IMG/VR virus record: IMGVR_UViG_3300045988_093513
Coordinates: 4,841-68,840 of that record
Source: a virus
Direction: 5' to 3' (one strand)
Length of the DNA: 64,000 nt
A model generated the notes under the pieces. It saw only the letters and a program-made list of their open reading frames with translations, was not told the DNA's origin and did no database searches. Made by a program: the position numbers and the translations under genes. Each line of letters begins with the position of its first letter. Positions within the stretch are counted from its first letter, which is position 1. Shown here in pieces: positions 32,001 to 38,951 of the stretch.

Positions 32001-32122
32001 TCTAGGTCACGTTCAGACGGAACCCAACCAAGAGCCAGCTTATCTTGGTATTGTCTGTCTGCCTGGTCTAACGCAGCAGCGAGCTGTGCCCCTGGCTGAT
32101 AGTTATTAAACCTTACTGCCAT
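20018..32122 (-). CDS. Giant virion-associated protein (4034 aa); candidate tape-measure or ejection/polyvalent protein with a zincin-like HExxH motif
   Basis: A single uninterrupted 12.1-kb ORF. It has Gly/Ala-rich and Q/T/N-rich low-complexity linkers and long helical segments. 'VYHELMHAF' is encoded at 24476-24490. Hydrophobic stretches occur near the C-terminus (FLGTMMLFSGVISGIPMMTMISG). It is the last gene of the tail-gene run. Confidence 0.8.
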   Translation of the reverse strand: MAVRFNNYQPGAQLAAALDQADRQYQDKLALGWVPSERDLDQGAIGSFWDSFTSSAESTLGGALTAAGVVADSPWLAGVGGDLTRQAARYSDWANDYDNNPDKSRWSLGYLIDPHGLSSDAGTMLGSSAPGMLAGAALAAGGGMALPALGILGSAGLEIGANFGQNYMDAKRDNMEAQIAAGQRPIGTVYDGTIDQSAWDSFTGDPYKNAELIGSSFMDTAIDVATGATGGLFSLAGKGLAKAGIADALASNGGKVASALLGDTARADTMLGRAAYGLSTASKPIDFIGNRLTNAFGEGFQEAWQQRVQDAMSNKFDDDRADAGSFFRDIANGNRGNFTDDEINSFNSAFLPTLVSGVGVAGVRNAGRYLYNNIDSLGPTAEAKNDYNNLMQTTGIANAMADSTDLSDYIGHEVPVEQPLMPNVVDDNTMSLTGDTVMPQQGNTAPVMPSTVTQEAPVLQNAITTPVEKEPQPIEHNDAMSQFVDDTRAKMADLPDILTRAYNNADINAINENIPDGNAKLSPELLNKAVNGDTNAAYYILSNLDRKNVVNAVRERNNEKKAQAEQAKQELDAVKNDIKNVIKSVGKKDADTEAIQRAQEIIRSLAPNGKAEELADKTKSRFLKVNQQLLDRANNDDTNAIRDVLRAVDPNAYMEAKNRQERTQEQQPVVDVTDVPVEELVEQPVVEETQQKLQKPQEQAAQKVQTEQQTPVVQKPIMTKQEAVTQQRVEQTQAPVHTDRLNTSPLGGLARPQVAQQVVQPQVQNVQNAANQRYLTAEMKEPENVGKTTNPVEDSVNNDRNSRVNVIANINTPNGLDRARNIIDKLDKRNALNIPKPALEVFRRADDDAAKPAAVTILKSIPDDVYNSVIGVNAKDNTNSATNKNNNNVAVTPKKQDNTNTPKDTTGNTQQQPVQSNDSITKISTGGKNENTQPPKNAKGSTDSKTETRTEAGRNTHQQGRFDNNGTSSETESSETSTKQTDKKKIAHKLQEEDSPLFKEDGGTPDKGSEDETHIEDDLMDEDDISEDDLLDELDSLNATFNRINDIIASRNGEANNAQELPKDKDLPTLKFVQTGVVQDSVDVKASQRYNEYRKGKLYKELKDVVGKHYGTINRMSFANLVTILPEAKQYISFLGGAHKFKSKEEEFHAKMQYMAAFGALASYGINLLRDKMTVANGANRNGVVDFDNPTDFRSAYADLLDILPGAIHTAIATYDGVRVKMEQDPENSKGVASLNTWFWYVLNSKYQQYIVDRGGNSIILAKLTPRQLYSVTGDLFVGADEDKQTAYRLVQDMSSYSMPKELHEYGMEKFADALPWLLEQYAQPQQGIKSTGRMEIIAAVNNEMVRGPYAEHLRELLNNFKKTGTDKDFEDYTREFIYAFSDAFLSVVNTDKGEEAWNAYRMMQKLGNIKEDIVESLSKVPKDVELKANEYGKTFILRAAYGNSKKSDKVSQPDIELSDYIGLTRDAFINNVAGNELLTKNGRAVAVSKANIIAEAIALAEAAKDKYMQVDNEDVKKQEAKTNRQKKTKGSKEQHSEDDDDIGDKSQDKTGDGVENEKNAVTSIHHDYIDNNNLTLERSFDYAVAAQAARYLAITSFEIQLCNELDTGLYKNMLKRQNQDGAFLSSTEKANLMIAFIVRTVRDNYGDIGESEFAQHKDSSDADNVREYAIDLIKKINGLFPTAETKGLDRDHWYVSMRNFEQGLKQICEDVQKDQRGRKLFGLSYSHNIISKMHVDGQEVNKLVNRRTTKFPWLNTKTTAMMMPESEFEESKFVGKYIADNKSSIDDINISDMSLIVTENGKRRQVTVEKYKQIMKVLGYDEDTISGLNKFTDKWIEDLWEECSKGYIEKVKTEDKYNKTKDNFINRWKNAINKAKRGVLSAGMMGAGHFYPTDSSVALKLGFAVQHGVTKVDAILLSKALEAKIESIADKMKREHKVDPNKAAPGHRDVKLSKVVYNYAYGTNKGKFAAERSEERVVSYKGNKYLLTDKQYKEYKGANKEEDRLAKLKEFCRADNWVITSVREESAANAALGKEKVEPNLVKGNVTEFFAKKEGSKPGDTNYSTDHGVLQSSGTVVGAITTLLHDYFNIDESGISNNVIVKAVLAINNTLPKEALINNGLNGYIQKVAKEKNESEATVRERVMKQIKADVNRFVHLEQMEIAGRARNTSLIKKFGTSHNPQNKPIFSEGPNEFRDDVNAISLRVDKKDKRFVVVNKKPKFDYSDEETKESGYINSWAYTKLREAILGALNIMDYQDGYYVVKKLDITDSSPIKNIKGRVDIHDIDSTKWKAKNKLEPYENPIATLLQYMGSVDKSDLKEEYGKDIPYTIEDLMADPNYNYLMMAHNDSAMGSDGLITSLHTFSYELAQKDKLSYTDIANLCSLFTIASKRLKGLDSANKTVDILDKLLKSVTTRPELFNSNQSYSVKNVDLPNAIDIIYGKQLHELKPLTVDAIRDLSSELLGTPKEDVIRMSKENTAFLGANLKGHLDKNVNVQFAHTLFVNRASNTLGVAPYIASRLNKDSGYKESMGRIVADDHRSTVYHELMHAFTDEAVTIDVAKGKYRLALPSDANWKDEKFGGLAVDRNAQELPEDLKDDAEEAIGRALKKELEKSLKILNNNDSLLAGQILAITELVDVNKLVEDTAAMWTIANLIGYDGTKTGDARFVSKVGATTLGMFYKNVDASNYETLVMSMILPSIIFGAKTVNKEIPLFYSTKQLITETYSHLDTTPPNTTGDNERRNIAGSDSSAFMTTWLYKSAELLRELDVQDPKHEIRNKDKKRMREQLKKAAESISELTSNSNFGVLNFKTQTNQHATVKKKKEKKKVDVGTSKGVITNARDVSHDAGSPRGKFMQLLYAIANKRNKTFSQTSTSGLNHAKDIKLALIPGMRWLEELVNKEDADRLFDESQRSIAYQQELNAKSDAYVKQLQQLLTIDGNELQTKALRQYFNTEINVNSDRGRDLVELFDLPYEAGQDERCKNRSSSGKNAMLKVYDDDIFFVLHNQPDKATAMAKMNDKIEKMKEYYDKKKKKFYKNQAFWYREDTGTLVFYACKDERMQNGKFKNLFIAYPSNEDGTGVEGQARMRARLQKQVLRECEQFRRKLMKQRGYAQPVIDGFIASQALYRALLMNAYEREQKRALQNDDIINRVHTGFLHAYAPRYYARYILQKEVWHEITEEQANKNEKSKDEGFIVQRGDKYYHVITYSIGSFESKRDRSKYRNEHPIGQNERYVEKTRDEWLQEQGGGRTDIVGNVDTSIGTLTEKDVSRGKKEAETDISGRLAKFIRKKFNDSEEWQGDDSIERVVNALRNMDKEDEEEFGKYKPRLIQTARMIRVGKDKVQTFRQVSDALKANGAQYLAANYARERTSNSGLYSHDVIGSLKHYLHTVNSVEALTPFYRDMTQTIYKYTGRNYDRTRRDSYYSPYNIMCELVDNMNGRDKPADAFMRRLSVMVVDAIYAVPGMRNILNACGVYLPDMWLPALLHNSIAVNVYLKLGMFNVSTALAQYAQLANVYALGGESAFAYAMKKMPGILTKAHKPSDILKGEFDVSQYGKEIQQVMADLYLTKKGKSLLEQEGEKAFDEAIKRGDKTAIELQVFDEMLDTLNGKDGESVMNDMATQLGNAGSAYEGESIIDKMPKTGKKILDLSMSGFRGADLACRLFAALVAQNLIDTSPKYKAFRESKSEIGEEEYNAQRMATIRDFVYRTNFNFNRATDPLLLAKGGQLAKCVFQFASYGFQTFHFMYWMLKNKKSTELKRFLGTMMLFSGVISGIPMMTMISGMSQAITGTNPEDWIKAFILKAAGRRNDQFSRDIGEALCYGIAAPVFGVDISKKVGLSDIMKDPTDLRNLGGPSLGTAIDFSSAAGASFDAIMYDKYTTDQLMFAWLKAVPAASRWLQAARGQYYSYSKLMPKTEYQSMSDVDRAKNIMGFNPIENKLNTDLNRFVTDINQDYSNSAKDVMIAYVNNPTEANLRKLQSYGKTPEQAHKAVDKYIKPKVTAEQAEKMVTKSDNEEADIVRSNVRALGNLLN

Positions 32123-32139
32123 GTAACCTCCTTCATATA

Positions 32140-33615
32140 TTAAAAGAATCTATTAACAATTTGTCCTTGTGATACCATGTTTTCTGTCGCGTTCATAGAG
32201 TTCTGTACATCACCTAATGTCACGGGTTTTCCATCCGCAGTAGTGCCAACAATTGTGTTAGTGAACGTATCAAGCAGCCCTTGGTTTACATTGTTCTGTG
32301 CGTCTTGGTCTGCTGGGTTTGTACCAGCTGGATGTGACATCTCCTCAGACTGAGAAATAATTGACGCGGCGATGTTATCAATCAGCTCATTAGCTGTACC
32401 TCTTCTACCAGTCTGTTCCATCATCATGCCATAGTCCGCTATCTTCTTTAATGCGGACTGTGTGGCGAGGTTACGAGCTTCGGTAGTAGAGCTTGGGTCC
32501 CAGATAATATTCTGAGCCTGTTTGAACTCTGGACTATTTACTAACTTATCAACATTGTTTTTGATACTATCCTCGTCTTCCACTACATACCCAAGAGGAG
32601 AACCGCTGCTGCCAGCAGAAGCAGTACCACCTTTTCCTTTACTATAAGAACCGCCATTATTTTGTATGATTGCTAGCTTCGCTTTTGCCAATTCAAATTC
32701 TCTATCCTTATTTGCTTGTTCCTGTGCTGCTTTATACGCATTATTGTTAAGTGTCATCTGTTGTCCAATCATTGCACCAAGGTCTGCCAGCTTCTTACTA
32801 TTCGGGTCAAACTGTACGCCAGTAAGAGCTGCACCAAGTTTAGCAAGAATGGCAATGTTAGCGGTGTTGTTACTCTTTGCAATTTGGTCAGCGAACTGCG
32901 CGGCCATTGTTTTTTGCATGTTCTTGTTATCGATGGTGGCACCAGTATGAGTAGTATCGGCAGACATCTTGTTAATCAAATCGAAGAAACGCTGGTTGCG
33001 ATTGTGAGCGCCCATAGCTGCCGCTGTAATTTCTGGAGCCTGTCTACCTAAATAATCGTTGAGGATTCTACGCTCTGGGTTGATGGTCGGCTGGTTCACC
33101 ATTTTGTTGATGAAATCCATTGGCAGTTGTTCATTCGGGTCGTTGAACTTACCGCCAGATTTGATGTAAGCGCCAATCAGATTTGTCTGATAAGGAGAGC
33201 CATTACTAGAAATAGAGTTTGGATTTGCACCAAGCATATTCATTACATCCGACGTGTATTGGTCAATAGATGTTCCATTACCATCAGTGAAATCTCCATT
33301 ACCAACGTTGCCTTCGCCACCAAGCCACGCTTGTACGGCCCCCTTGACACCATATTTGCCAATCAAATCTCCCATGTATGCTCGCGCTACTGCCTCTTGG
33401 TTTGATGGAGACCAGTCTGTACCATCAAGACCATGTTGTTCCGCAGCTCCTTCAAACGTAGATGGCATAAACTGGTACTTACCACGAGCACCAGAGTCAG
33501 CAATAACGTTATATGGGTCTTCTTCGCCGCCAGATTCTCTCTGGGCAATAGCTTGAAGCACCGAATCAACAACGTTGTATTGCTGTCCTTCGTTAAAGAA
33601 ATCTGTAGCTGCCAT
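32140..33615 (-). CDS. Tail-associated lytic transglycosylase (SLT domain) protein
   Basis: 'AIAQRESGGEEDPYNVIADSGARGKYQFMPSTFEG' is the SLT catalytic signature (E-S...G..Q(F)). Confidence 0.8.
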   Translation of the reverse strand: MAATDFFNEGQQYNVVDSVLQAIAQRESGGEEDPYNVIADSGARGKYQFMPSTFEGAAEQHGLDGTDWSPSNQEAVARAYMGDLIGKYGVKGAVQAWLGGEGNVGNGDFTDGNGTSIDQYTSDVMNMLGANPNSISSNGSPYQTNLIGAYIKSGGKFNDPNEQLPMDFINKMVNQPTINPERRILNDYLGRQAPEITAAAMGAHNRNQRFFDLINKMSADTTHTGATIDNKNMQKTMAAQFADQIAKSNNTANIAILAKLGAALTGVQFDPNSKKLADLGAMIGQQMTLNNNAYKAAQEQANKDREFELAKAKLAIIQNNGGSYSKGKGGTASAGSSGSPLGYVVEDEDSIKNNVDKLVNSPEFKQAQNIIWDPSSTTEARNLATQSALKKIADYGMMMEQTGRRGTANELIDNIAASIISQSEEMSHPAGTNPADQDAQNNVNQGLLDTFTNTIVGTTADGKPVTLGDVQNSMNATENMVSQGQIVNRFF

Positions 33616-34730
33616 TAGAACAATCCTCCATACCCATTATTACGAGCGAAAGACCTAGTGTAATCACCGACACGATATCCCATAGGCTGCGTCAAGGAAT
33701 AGTTCTGCCAGTTGTCCATCGGGTTCTGTACCATAGTCTGTGTATCCTGTGTCCCAGCCGCATCGTTTCCTTTCGTCGCATCATGGATACCCTGATACGC
33801 GCCGTACAACTGTCCAAGTCCCCCAAGCTGGCTGAGACCATAATTCTTAGCACCATTCAAAGCACCAGCCCAACCAGAGCCACCTGTAGCAAGACCTACG
33901 ACAGCACCTTTAAGCATAGAACCAAGGAGCCCTGGCCCTTTATTAGCAGCTTCCATCCCTTTATTTACGGCGTCCTGCGTAGCTTTTTGCCCTTCCTCCT
34001 GAGACGCTTTACTCAGTGTACTGTCTCTAGTTGGAAGGCTGGTCTGGTCTACCTGTGTAGCACTCTGCATCAATTGACCTGCATCTGGTGTCGCGACATT
34101 GTTAGTAAGTGGCTGACCAGTAAACGGGTTAGTCATTGGGTAATCGCCAACAGTGGGGAACAGTCCTGGAGCAGGGTCGCCAATAGTCGGTGTAGATGAC
34201 GTGCTCTGGTTTGGATTCGGGTAAAATTTATTTGGATTATAACCCTCATACGGGTTTTCGTTATACTCCTTCAGCGTATGCTGCTGTGCATAGCCCATGT
34301 TAGCATGCTCACCGAACCTATCTTTCCAAGAGTTCGAGTTAGTCATAATATCTGCAAGTCTATTATTGTCAACGTTTGTAATACCATAGTCAGCAAGTAG
34401 CCCCATAACACGTGGGTCAGCCTTCAGTTTATCAACATCGTATGTACCATCATCGTTACGGTACTGTCCAACACCATTGATAATGTCATTTGCCTGTTTA
34501 AGTCCAGCAGTAACATCGGTGTCGTAGCGAATCTTAGCGTCATCGCGGTTGTGTCTACCTTGCATGAATAAACCAATCAGTCCACTCTTTCCGTCGCCAC
34601 CGTTGGCGGCATTAAGGGCATTAGCTACCTGCGTTAAGAAACCGTAGCCACTACCAGAGAGTAGTCTACCAAGCCCACCAAGCGGCCCGTGAGATACTTC
34701 CCAGTTATGAGTAACAGGAGCAACAATCAT
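33615..34730 (-). CDS. Hypothetical tail/baseplate protein
   Basis: 371-aa ORF with a Gly-rich C-terminus, lying in the structural gene run. Confidence 0.55.
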   Translation of the reverse strand: MIVAPVTHNWEVSHGPLGGLGRLLSGSGYGFLTQVANALNAANGGDGKSGLIGLFMQGRHNRDDAKIRYDTDVTAGLKQANDIINGVGQYRNDDGTYDVDKLKADPRVMGLLADYGITNVDNNRLADIMTNSNSWKDRFGEHANMGYAQQHTLKEYNENPYEGYNPNKFYPNPNQSTSSTPTIGDPAPGLFPTVGDYPMTNPFTGQPLTNNVATPDAGQLMQSATQVDQTSLPTRDSTLSKASQEEGQKATQDAVNKGMEAANKGPGLLGSMLKGAVVGLATGGSGWAGALNGAKNYGLSQLGGLGQLYGAYQGIHDATKGNDAAGTQDTQTMVQNPMDNWQNYSLTQPMGYRVGDYTRSFARNNGYGGLF

Positions 34731-34746
34731 TTATATATCACCTCTC

Positions 34747-35481
34747 TTAGAATAACCCAGTTTTAGACCGAGTGTTTGTGTTAGTCGCAATATACGATGC
34801 GTTATTGTATACGTTACCAACGGAGTTAAGTGTGTTATTGCCAGAAGTATTCACGCCACTAGCAAGAGCGAGCCACTGTGCAGGTAAGTACATACTGTTC
34901 GCCTGAGTAGAGGAGTTAAGGTTGTACTTATCGTTAGCGTTCTGAACCTGCGAATTGATAAGGTTAAGGTTCTGACCAAGCGTATTGTTGGTAAGATTAG
35001 CAGCTTGATTAAGATTATTAGCGTAATCTTGTGCCATCTGGTTAGACAGGTTCTTCTGAATCTGATTGTTGGCACTATTTAGTGCAGAAGAATTGATTAC
35101 GCCACGACTAGCGAGATCATTAAGTCCCGCACCCATGCTGGTTTTGTACATGTTATTATACACCGTCTGCATGTTCTGTAAATACTGTTGCGGTAATTGA
35201 CCATTACTAATCTGGTCTAACTGGTTGGTGTATCTATTCAGTCCCTGAATCTGACTTGCCGCATTACCGAGAGCGGAAGACATGTCGTTGTGAGCCTTAT
35301 TCCAATCTGGTTGATATACGTTACCAATAGAACCATTAGCTTTGTTGACCAGTTTGTCAACAGCAGGTTGAATACTCTGCATATATCGGGTCTGCGCCGC
35401 GATAAGTTCTTTTTCTTCCTTCGATAATTCTCTTTGTTTTACTTCCTGAGAGGAAGAAGAGCTAGAGTGTCCACCACCCAT
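34747..35481 (-). CDS. Hypothetical N/Q-rich structural protein
   Basis: 244-aa ORF rich in N/Q/L; likely coiled coil. Confidence 0.55.
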   Translation of the reverse strand: MGGGHSSSSSSQEVKQRELSKEEKELIAAQTRYMQSIQPAVDKLVNKANGSIGNVYQPDWNKAHNDMSSALGNAASQIQGLNRYTNQLDQISNGQLPQQYLQNMQTVYNNMYKTSMGAGLNDLASRGVINSSALNSANNQIQKNLSNQMAQDYANNLNQAANLTNNTLGQNLNLINSQVQNANDKYNLNSSTQANSMYLPAQWLALASGVNTSGNNTLNSVGNVYNNASYIATNTNTRSKTGLF

Positions 35482-35891
35482 TAGTTCACGTCCTTTCTGA
35501 TAATAGCGTATCCGTCTTGCATAGAAATAAACTTACTATGCGTTAATCGTGTATACGCTTTGTAGTTCCTATTTGTAAATGTATAGCACGTTTTGATATT
35601 TAAGATACGACATATAGTACAAACGTATTCCCAAATTGCTTGCCATTTACAATTAGATGGCCCAATCTGCAAATACTTTTCGTAAATATTAAACAAGAAG
35701 AAACTACCGTCATCCCAAAACTTAACGTACTTAAACTTCTTACACTCTTCACTTAATATTTCTCCAGTCTTTTCTTCATACCGTTTAATCTTAGCTGGCA
35801 GTTTCTTCTTGTCAAAATCAACGGGAGTTAATTGCGTCAGCGAGAGAAGTCCACTGTCCTGTGTTTCCATTGTTTCTAGCCCCACTTCCAT
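35481..35891 (-). CDS. Hypothetical protein
   Basis: 136-aa ORF; overlaps the upstream gene by 74 nt. Confidence 0.45.
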   Translation of the reverse strand: MEVGLETMETQDSGLLSLTQLTPVDFDKKKLPAKIKRYEEKTGEILSEECKKFKYVKFWDDGSFFLFNIYEKYLQIGPSNCKWQAIWEYVCTICRILNIKTCYTFTNRNYKAYTRLTHSKFISMQDGYAIIRKDVN

Positions 35892-37359
35892 CTGTACTTG
35901 TAATCACGGTTGCTGACAAATGTTCCAAATTGATACGGTTTGTCGTGACCAGTGAATATTGCAGTGTTTCGTCACGAATTTGCGAACGAACATGTTTAGT
36001 TGTAGTGTTAGAATCAAGTGTAGCAAACACATGTCCGTTACATGAAGCTTCCGTATTACCATCGCCCATACTTGTACTAATGTTTACGTTGTTAATATAA
36101 GAACTTAACAAATCGTAATCATGAATAACCCTAGAAGAGTAAGACTGGCTAATAGGGGTTGTATTAAAATCCTGAACAATGGTATCGCTAAGATATGCCA
36201 AGAAGCCTTGATTACCGTGTTCTCCGCACACAAGTACACCATTCTGCGTTTCGGTCATACCGTTTACGGTAATGTCTTTGAAGTTCCATTTAGTAAACGC
36301 ACCTAGATTATAATGGAACACGTAAAGGTCGTCATAATTGTTCTTAGCGATTACCATTTGTCGTCTATCTCGAAGGTCTGCAATCCATGGGTTAGACACG
36401 CCATCCATAATACTTGGATTACACTTTTGTCCAAACTCTTCTGTGCTGTAGTTACCATAAGTAGCACTGTTAGTCAGCTTACGCAACCCTTGTGTTGATA
36501 CAAATGCGATGTCGTTTGCGAACGGTACAATAGCGTTAGCTCCTACCGCATCAGAGTTTGTACCAACCAATGAGATATACCAGTTCGGAGCTTCACCAGA
36601 AATAGTATACACGTTACCAGATGTTTTGAATACAACGATATCGGTAGACATCGGCACGATAGTCAAGAACTTACCAGCGTCATCTGCACCTACATTTTGG
36701 ATGTACTTGGCGGAAGACTCGTCGTCTGGGTCGTCATAGGCAATACCAATAGCTTTTTCGCTAAGAGCGTCACTGACTGCGGAATAGTAAATCGTATCAT
36801 CGCCGCTAGCTGCACATACTAATCGCCCAGACTTATAGTACAGTACGTCTACATTTGGGCTATTGTTAAGTGTACCACCAGCAACACTAGAGCCATCGAG
36901 CGTTACTAGTTTGTTACGCTGCGATACCAGCCATGGGGGCGGTTGCATTAAGTACGCTTGCAACTTACGTCCACTAGCAAAGAATATATTACCACCAAAG
37001 TTCAAACATTTTGGTTTATCAATAGTTCCGCTAGTCTGACCGAGTGTAGTAACGACGCCAGCACCATTTAACATCTTGATAGTCTTCTTGCTACCACTAT
37101 GTCCGACAAAGAAAAACGTAATTCGAGTAGAGGCATCATACCACAAATGGGTAACTGGTGTTGACTCTGTGTCGATTGGGTTATCAATAGCCGGCCTTGT
37201 ACAGAACTTACCTGAGTAAAAATTAAATTGGAAGTTAGTGGCATCAACACATTCGTTGTCGGCAATTTTATCTGGCTCTCTCGAGATGTTAATGCCACCC
37301 GTATTATCGCTAAACTCAAGCTGCTGTTTAGCTTCATGTTTACGTACTTGATATGCCAT
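35818..37359 (-). CDS. Hypothetical structural protein
   Basis: 513-aa ORF. Confidence 0.6.
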   Translation of the reverse strand: MAYQVRKHEAKQQLEFSDNTGGINISREPDKIADNECVDATNFQFNFYSGKFCTRPAIDNPIDTESTPVTHLWYDASTRITFFFVGHSGSKKTIKMLNGAGVVTTLGQTSGTIDKPKCLNFGGNIFFASGRKLQAYLMQPPPWLVSQRNKLVTLDGSSVAGGTLNNSPNVDVLYYKSGRLVCAASGDDTIYYSAVSDALSEKAIGIAYDDPDDESSAKYIQNVGADDAGKFLTIVPMSTDIVVFKTSGNVYTISGEAPNWYISLVGTNSDAVGANAIVPFANDIAFVSTQGLRKLTNSATYGNYSTEEFGQKCNPSIMDGVSNPWIADLRDRRQMVIAKNNYDDLYVFHYNLGAFTKWNFKDITVNGMTETQNGVLVCGEHGNQGFLAYLSDTIVQDFNTTPISQSYSSRVIHDYDLLSSYINNVNISTSMGDGNTEASCNGHVFATLDSNTTTKHVRSQIRDETLQYSLVTTNRINLEHLSATVITSTDGSGARNNGNTGQWTSLADAINSR

Positions 37360-37366
37360 ATATCAC

Positions 37367-37798
37367 CTACAGTAATTTGTAAAACAATCCAATGAAGTCT
37401 TTATTGCCAACAACACTGACATCGTGGTATTCAATGTCAATAGCTGGCTTGACTTTATCGTCTAAGTAAACCAAGCCGATACTAGCGTTGACTGTTTTCG
37501 GCTTCAACTTTTTCAATTCTTTCTTCGATTCTGTCAAGGATTTCTGAAGTTGATTGTTCGACTCTTCTGCTTTCGTCAACGCTATCCTCGATTCGTTCAG
37601 TTGTTTCTTTAGCGTCGTCAACTCCTGACTCTGCTTTTCCAATGTTGCCAGCTGTTTCTTGTTGTTGCTCTTCAGCTGTGTCAAGTCTTGTTTGAAGTCT
37701 ATCCAATCTTTCTGACTGATAGTCATATCCGCAGCTGAAGCCACTGATGAAGCAGACAAGAGCAAGCACGAAGATAACAATAGCACGTTTAATTTCAT
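37367..37798 (-). CDS. Secreted coiled-coil protein (cleavable signal peptide)
   Basis: 'MKLNVLLLSSCLLLSASSVASA|AD' is a signal peptide with an AXA cleavage site. It is followed by heptad-repeat sequence and lies adjacent to the lysis genes. Confidence 0.5.
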   Translation of the reverse strand: MKLNVLLLSSCLLLSASSVASAADMTISQKDWIDFKQDLTQLKSNNKKQLATLEKQSQELTTLKKQLNESRIALTKAEESNNQLQKSLTESKKELKKLKPKTVNASIGLVYLDDKVKPAIDIEYHDVSVVGNKDFIGLFYKLL

Positions 37799-37805
37799 TA
37801 GTCAT
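37482..37805 (-). CDS. Alternative-frame ORF: N-terminal TM helix plus acidic coiled coil (fully overlaps 37367-37798)
   Basis: 'AIVIFVLALVCFISGF' TM segment, then an E-rich coiled coil. It could be a frame artefact of a coiled-coil coding sequence. Confidence 0.25.
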   Translation of the reverse strand: MTNEIKRAIVIFVLALVCFISGFSCGYDYQSERLDRLQTRLDTAEEQQQETAGNIGKAESGVDDAKETTERIEDSVDESRRVEQSTSEILDRIEERIEKVEAENSQR

Positions 37806-38382
37806 ACCATTCCTCTACGTCATAATAATCATTGCCAATTTTATAAGAATCCGAATACTGCCACATCTTAGCTGGACGTTCTGGATGTTCATCGTTCCAG
37901 TAGTTAGTGTTACTATAGTTAGCTACCCACAGCTGTACATAATCTGGTAGTGCACCGACATCAATGTCGTCAGTCAGTCCATAGTATCCAGAGTACACAC
38001 CGACTGGAACATCGTGCGTATACTCCGTGATTACATTCAGAAAAGCCATGATAATCTCTGCTCTTTCAAAAGGAGTTGCATCTGGCATGTTTGATTCTTC
38101 CATATCGAACCAAATACCAAGAGACAGGTCAGCTCCCTCGTATTCATCCAGTTTATCAACGAGAGCCATAGCTTCCTGTTCCGCACGGAGTTTATTTCGT
38201 GCGTGCGTAAAGCAATATACACCGACTGGTACACCTTGGTCAAGTGCATTGTTCATGTGCCTATCGAAGTCCTCGTCAATGTCAGCCCCTTCACTAATCT
38301 TGACGATTATTCCCTTGATTGGGTCTGGAGCCTCCTCGAGGTTTGGATTCTCCCTCCACCCATTCACGTCGATTACCTTCAT
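37798..38382 (-). CDS. GH25 muramidase (endolysin catalytic domain only)
   Basis: 'MKVIDVNGW...KGIIVKISEGADIDEDF...GVPVGVYCFTHA...LWVANYS' follows the GH25 pattern. Confidence 0.85.
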   Translation of the reverse strand: MKVIDVNGWRENPNLEEAPDPIKGIIVKISEGADIDEDFDRHMNNALDQGVPVGVYCFTHARNKLRAEQEAMALVDKLDEYEGADLSLGIWFDMEESNMPDATPFERAEIIMAFLNVITEYTHDVPVGVYSGYYGLTDDIDVGALPDYVQLWVANYSNTNYWNDEHPERPAKMWQYSDSYKIGNDYYDVEEWYD

Positions 38383-38677
38383 TTTTACCCTCCAAAAAAT
38401 CTGGTATTTTATTACCGTCGTTATCAGTTTTAATTTTTAAGAACATCAGTAATGCAGCCATCGCAGCGGGTGAACACATGAGCGTACCCAATGCAATTAA
38501 ATCGGACAACACTACTTTCCCCAATACAAACCACATCCACAACCAAGCCACGTTATATACCACGAAGAGATATACGTAAGCCCACAGGATTACATTTACC
38601 CACCGATAGTTCTTAGGTGTCTTGCCAATGTCAATGGTGCGTTTGATTGCTTGCCTTAGCGTATTCAGAATGTTCAT
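38294..38677 (-). CDS. Putative holin (2-3 TM helices, charged C-tail)
   Basis: Hydrophobic segments VNVILWAYVYLFVVYNVAWLWMWFVLG and LIALGTLMCSPAAMAALLMF, plus a highly charged C-terminus. Its 3' end overlaps the lysozyme start by 89 nt. Confidence 0.6.
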   Translation of the reverse strand: MNILNTLRQAIKRTIDIGKTPKNYRWVNVILWAYVYLFVVYNVAWLWMWFVLGKVVLSDLIALGTLMCSPAAMAALLMFLKIKTDNDGNKIPDFLEGKNEGNRREWVEGESKPRGGSRPNQGNNRQD

Positions 38678-38943
38678 TGTCGTCCCTCTAGTTTATGAAC
38701 CTCTGTCTCAAGAGCGTCAAGGCGAGTCTTGTTAATTGAATGTGCCTCTTCCAGTCTAGCAATACGTTTATCCAAACCGCGTCTATCCACAGCGCTGCGC
38801 TCAAGTTCCTTGCGAAGTTCTTCCAGTAAGTTGTTATTCTGTGCAATAGCCGTCTTCAATGGGCTAAGTACAACAAAATTAAATGCTCCGCTGACGAACG
38901 TAGCAATAGAGAGCACAGCTAAAATATCGTCCCAAATAAGCAT
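38674..38943 (-). CDS. Small TM + coiled-coil protein (holin/antiholin or XhlA-like lysis accessory)
   Basis: N-terminal TM 'ILAVLSIATFVSGAFNFVVL' followed by a coiled coil. Confidence 0.5.
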   Translation of the reverse strand: MLIWDDILAVLSIATFVSGAFNFVVLSPLKTAIAQNNNLLEELRKELERSAVDRRGLDKRIARLEEAHSINKTRLDALETEVHKLEGRQ

Positions 38944-38951
38944 AGTCCTCC

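Noticed and set aside
37367-37805. Calling the overlapping signal-peptide and TM coiled-coil ORFs an o-/i-spanin (Rz/Rz1) pair
   Set aside because: Promoter and RBS style indicate a Gram-positive-type host that has no outer membrane. A Cys (LSSC) does precede a further hydrophobic stretch, but the signal peptide more likely ends at an AXA signal-peptidase I site. One of the two frames may be an artefact of coiled-coil codon bias.
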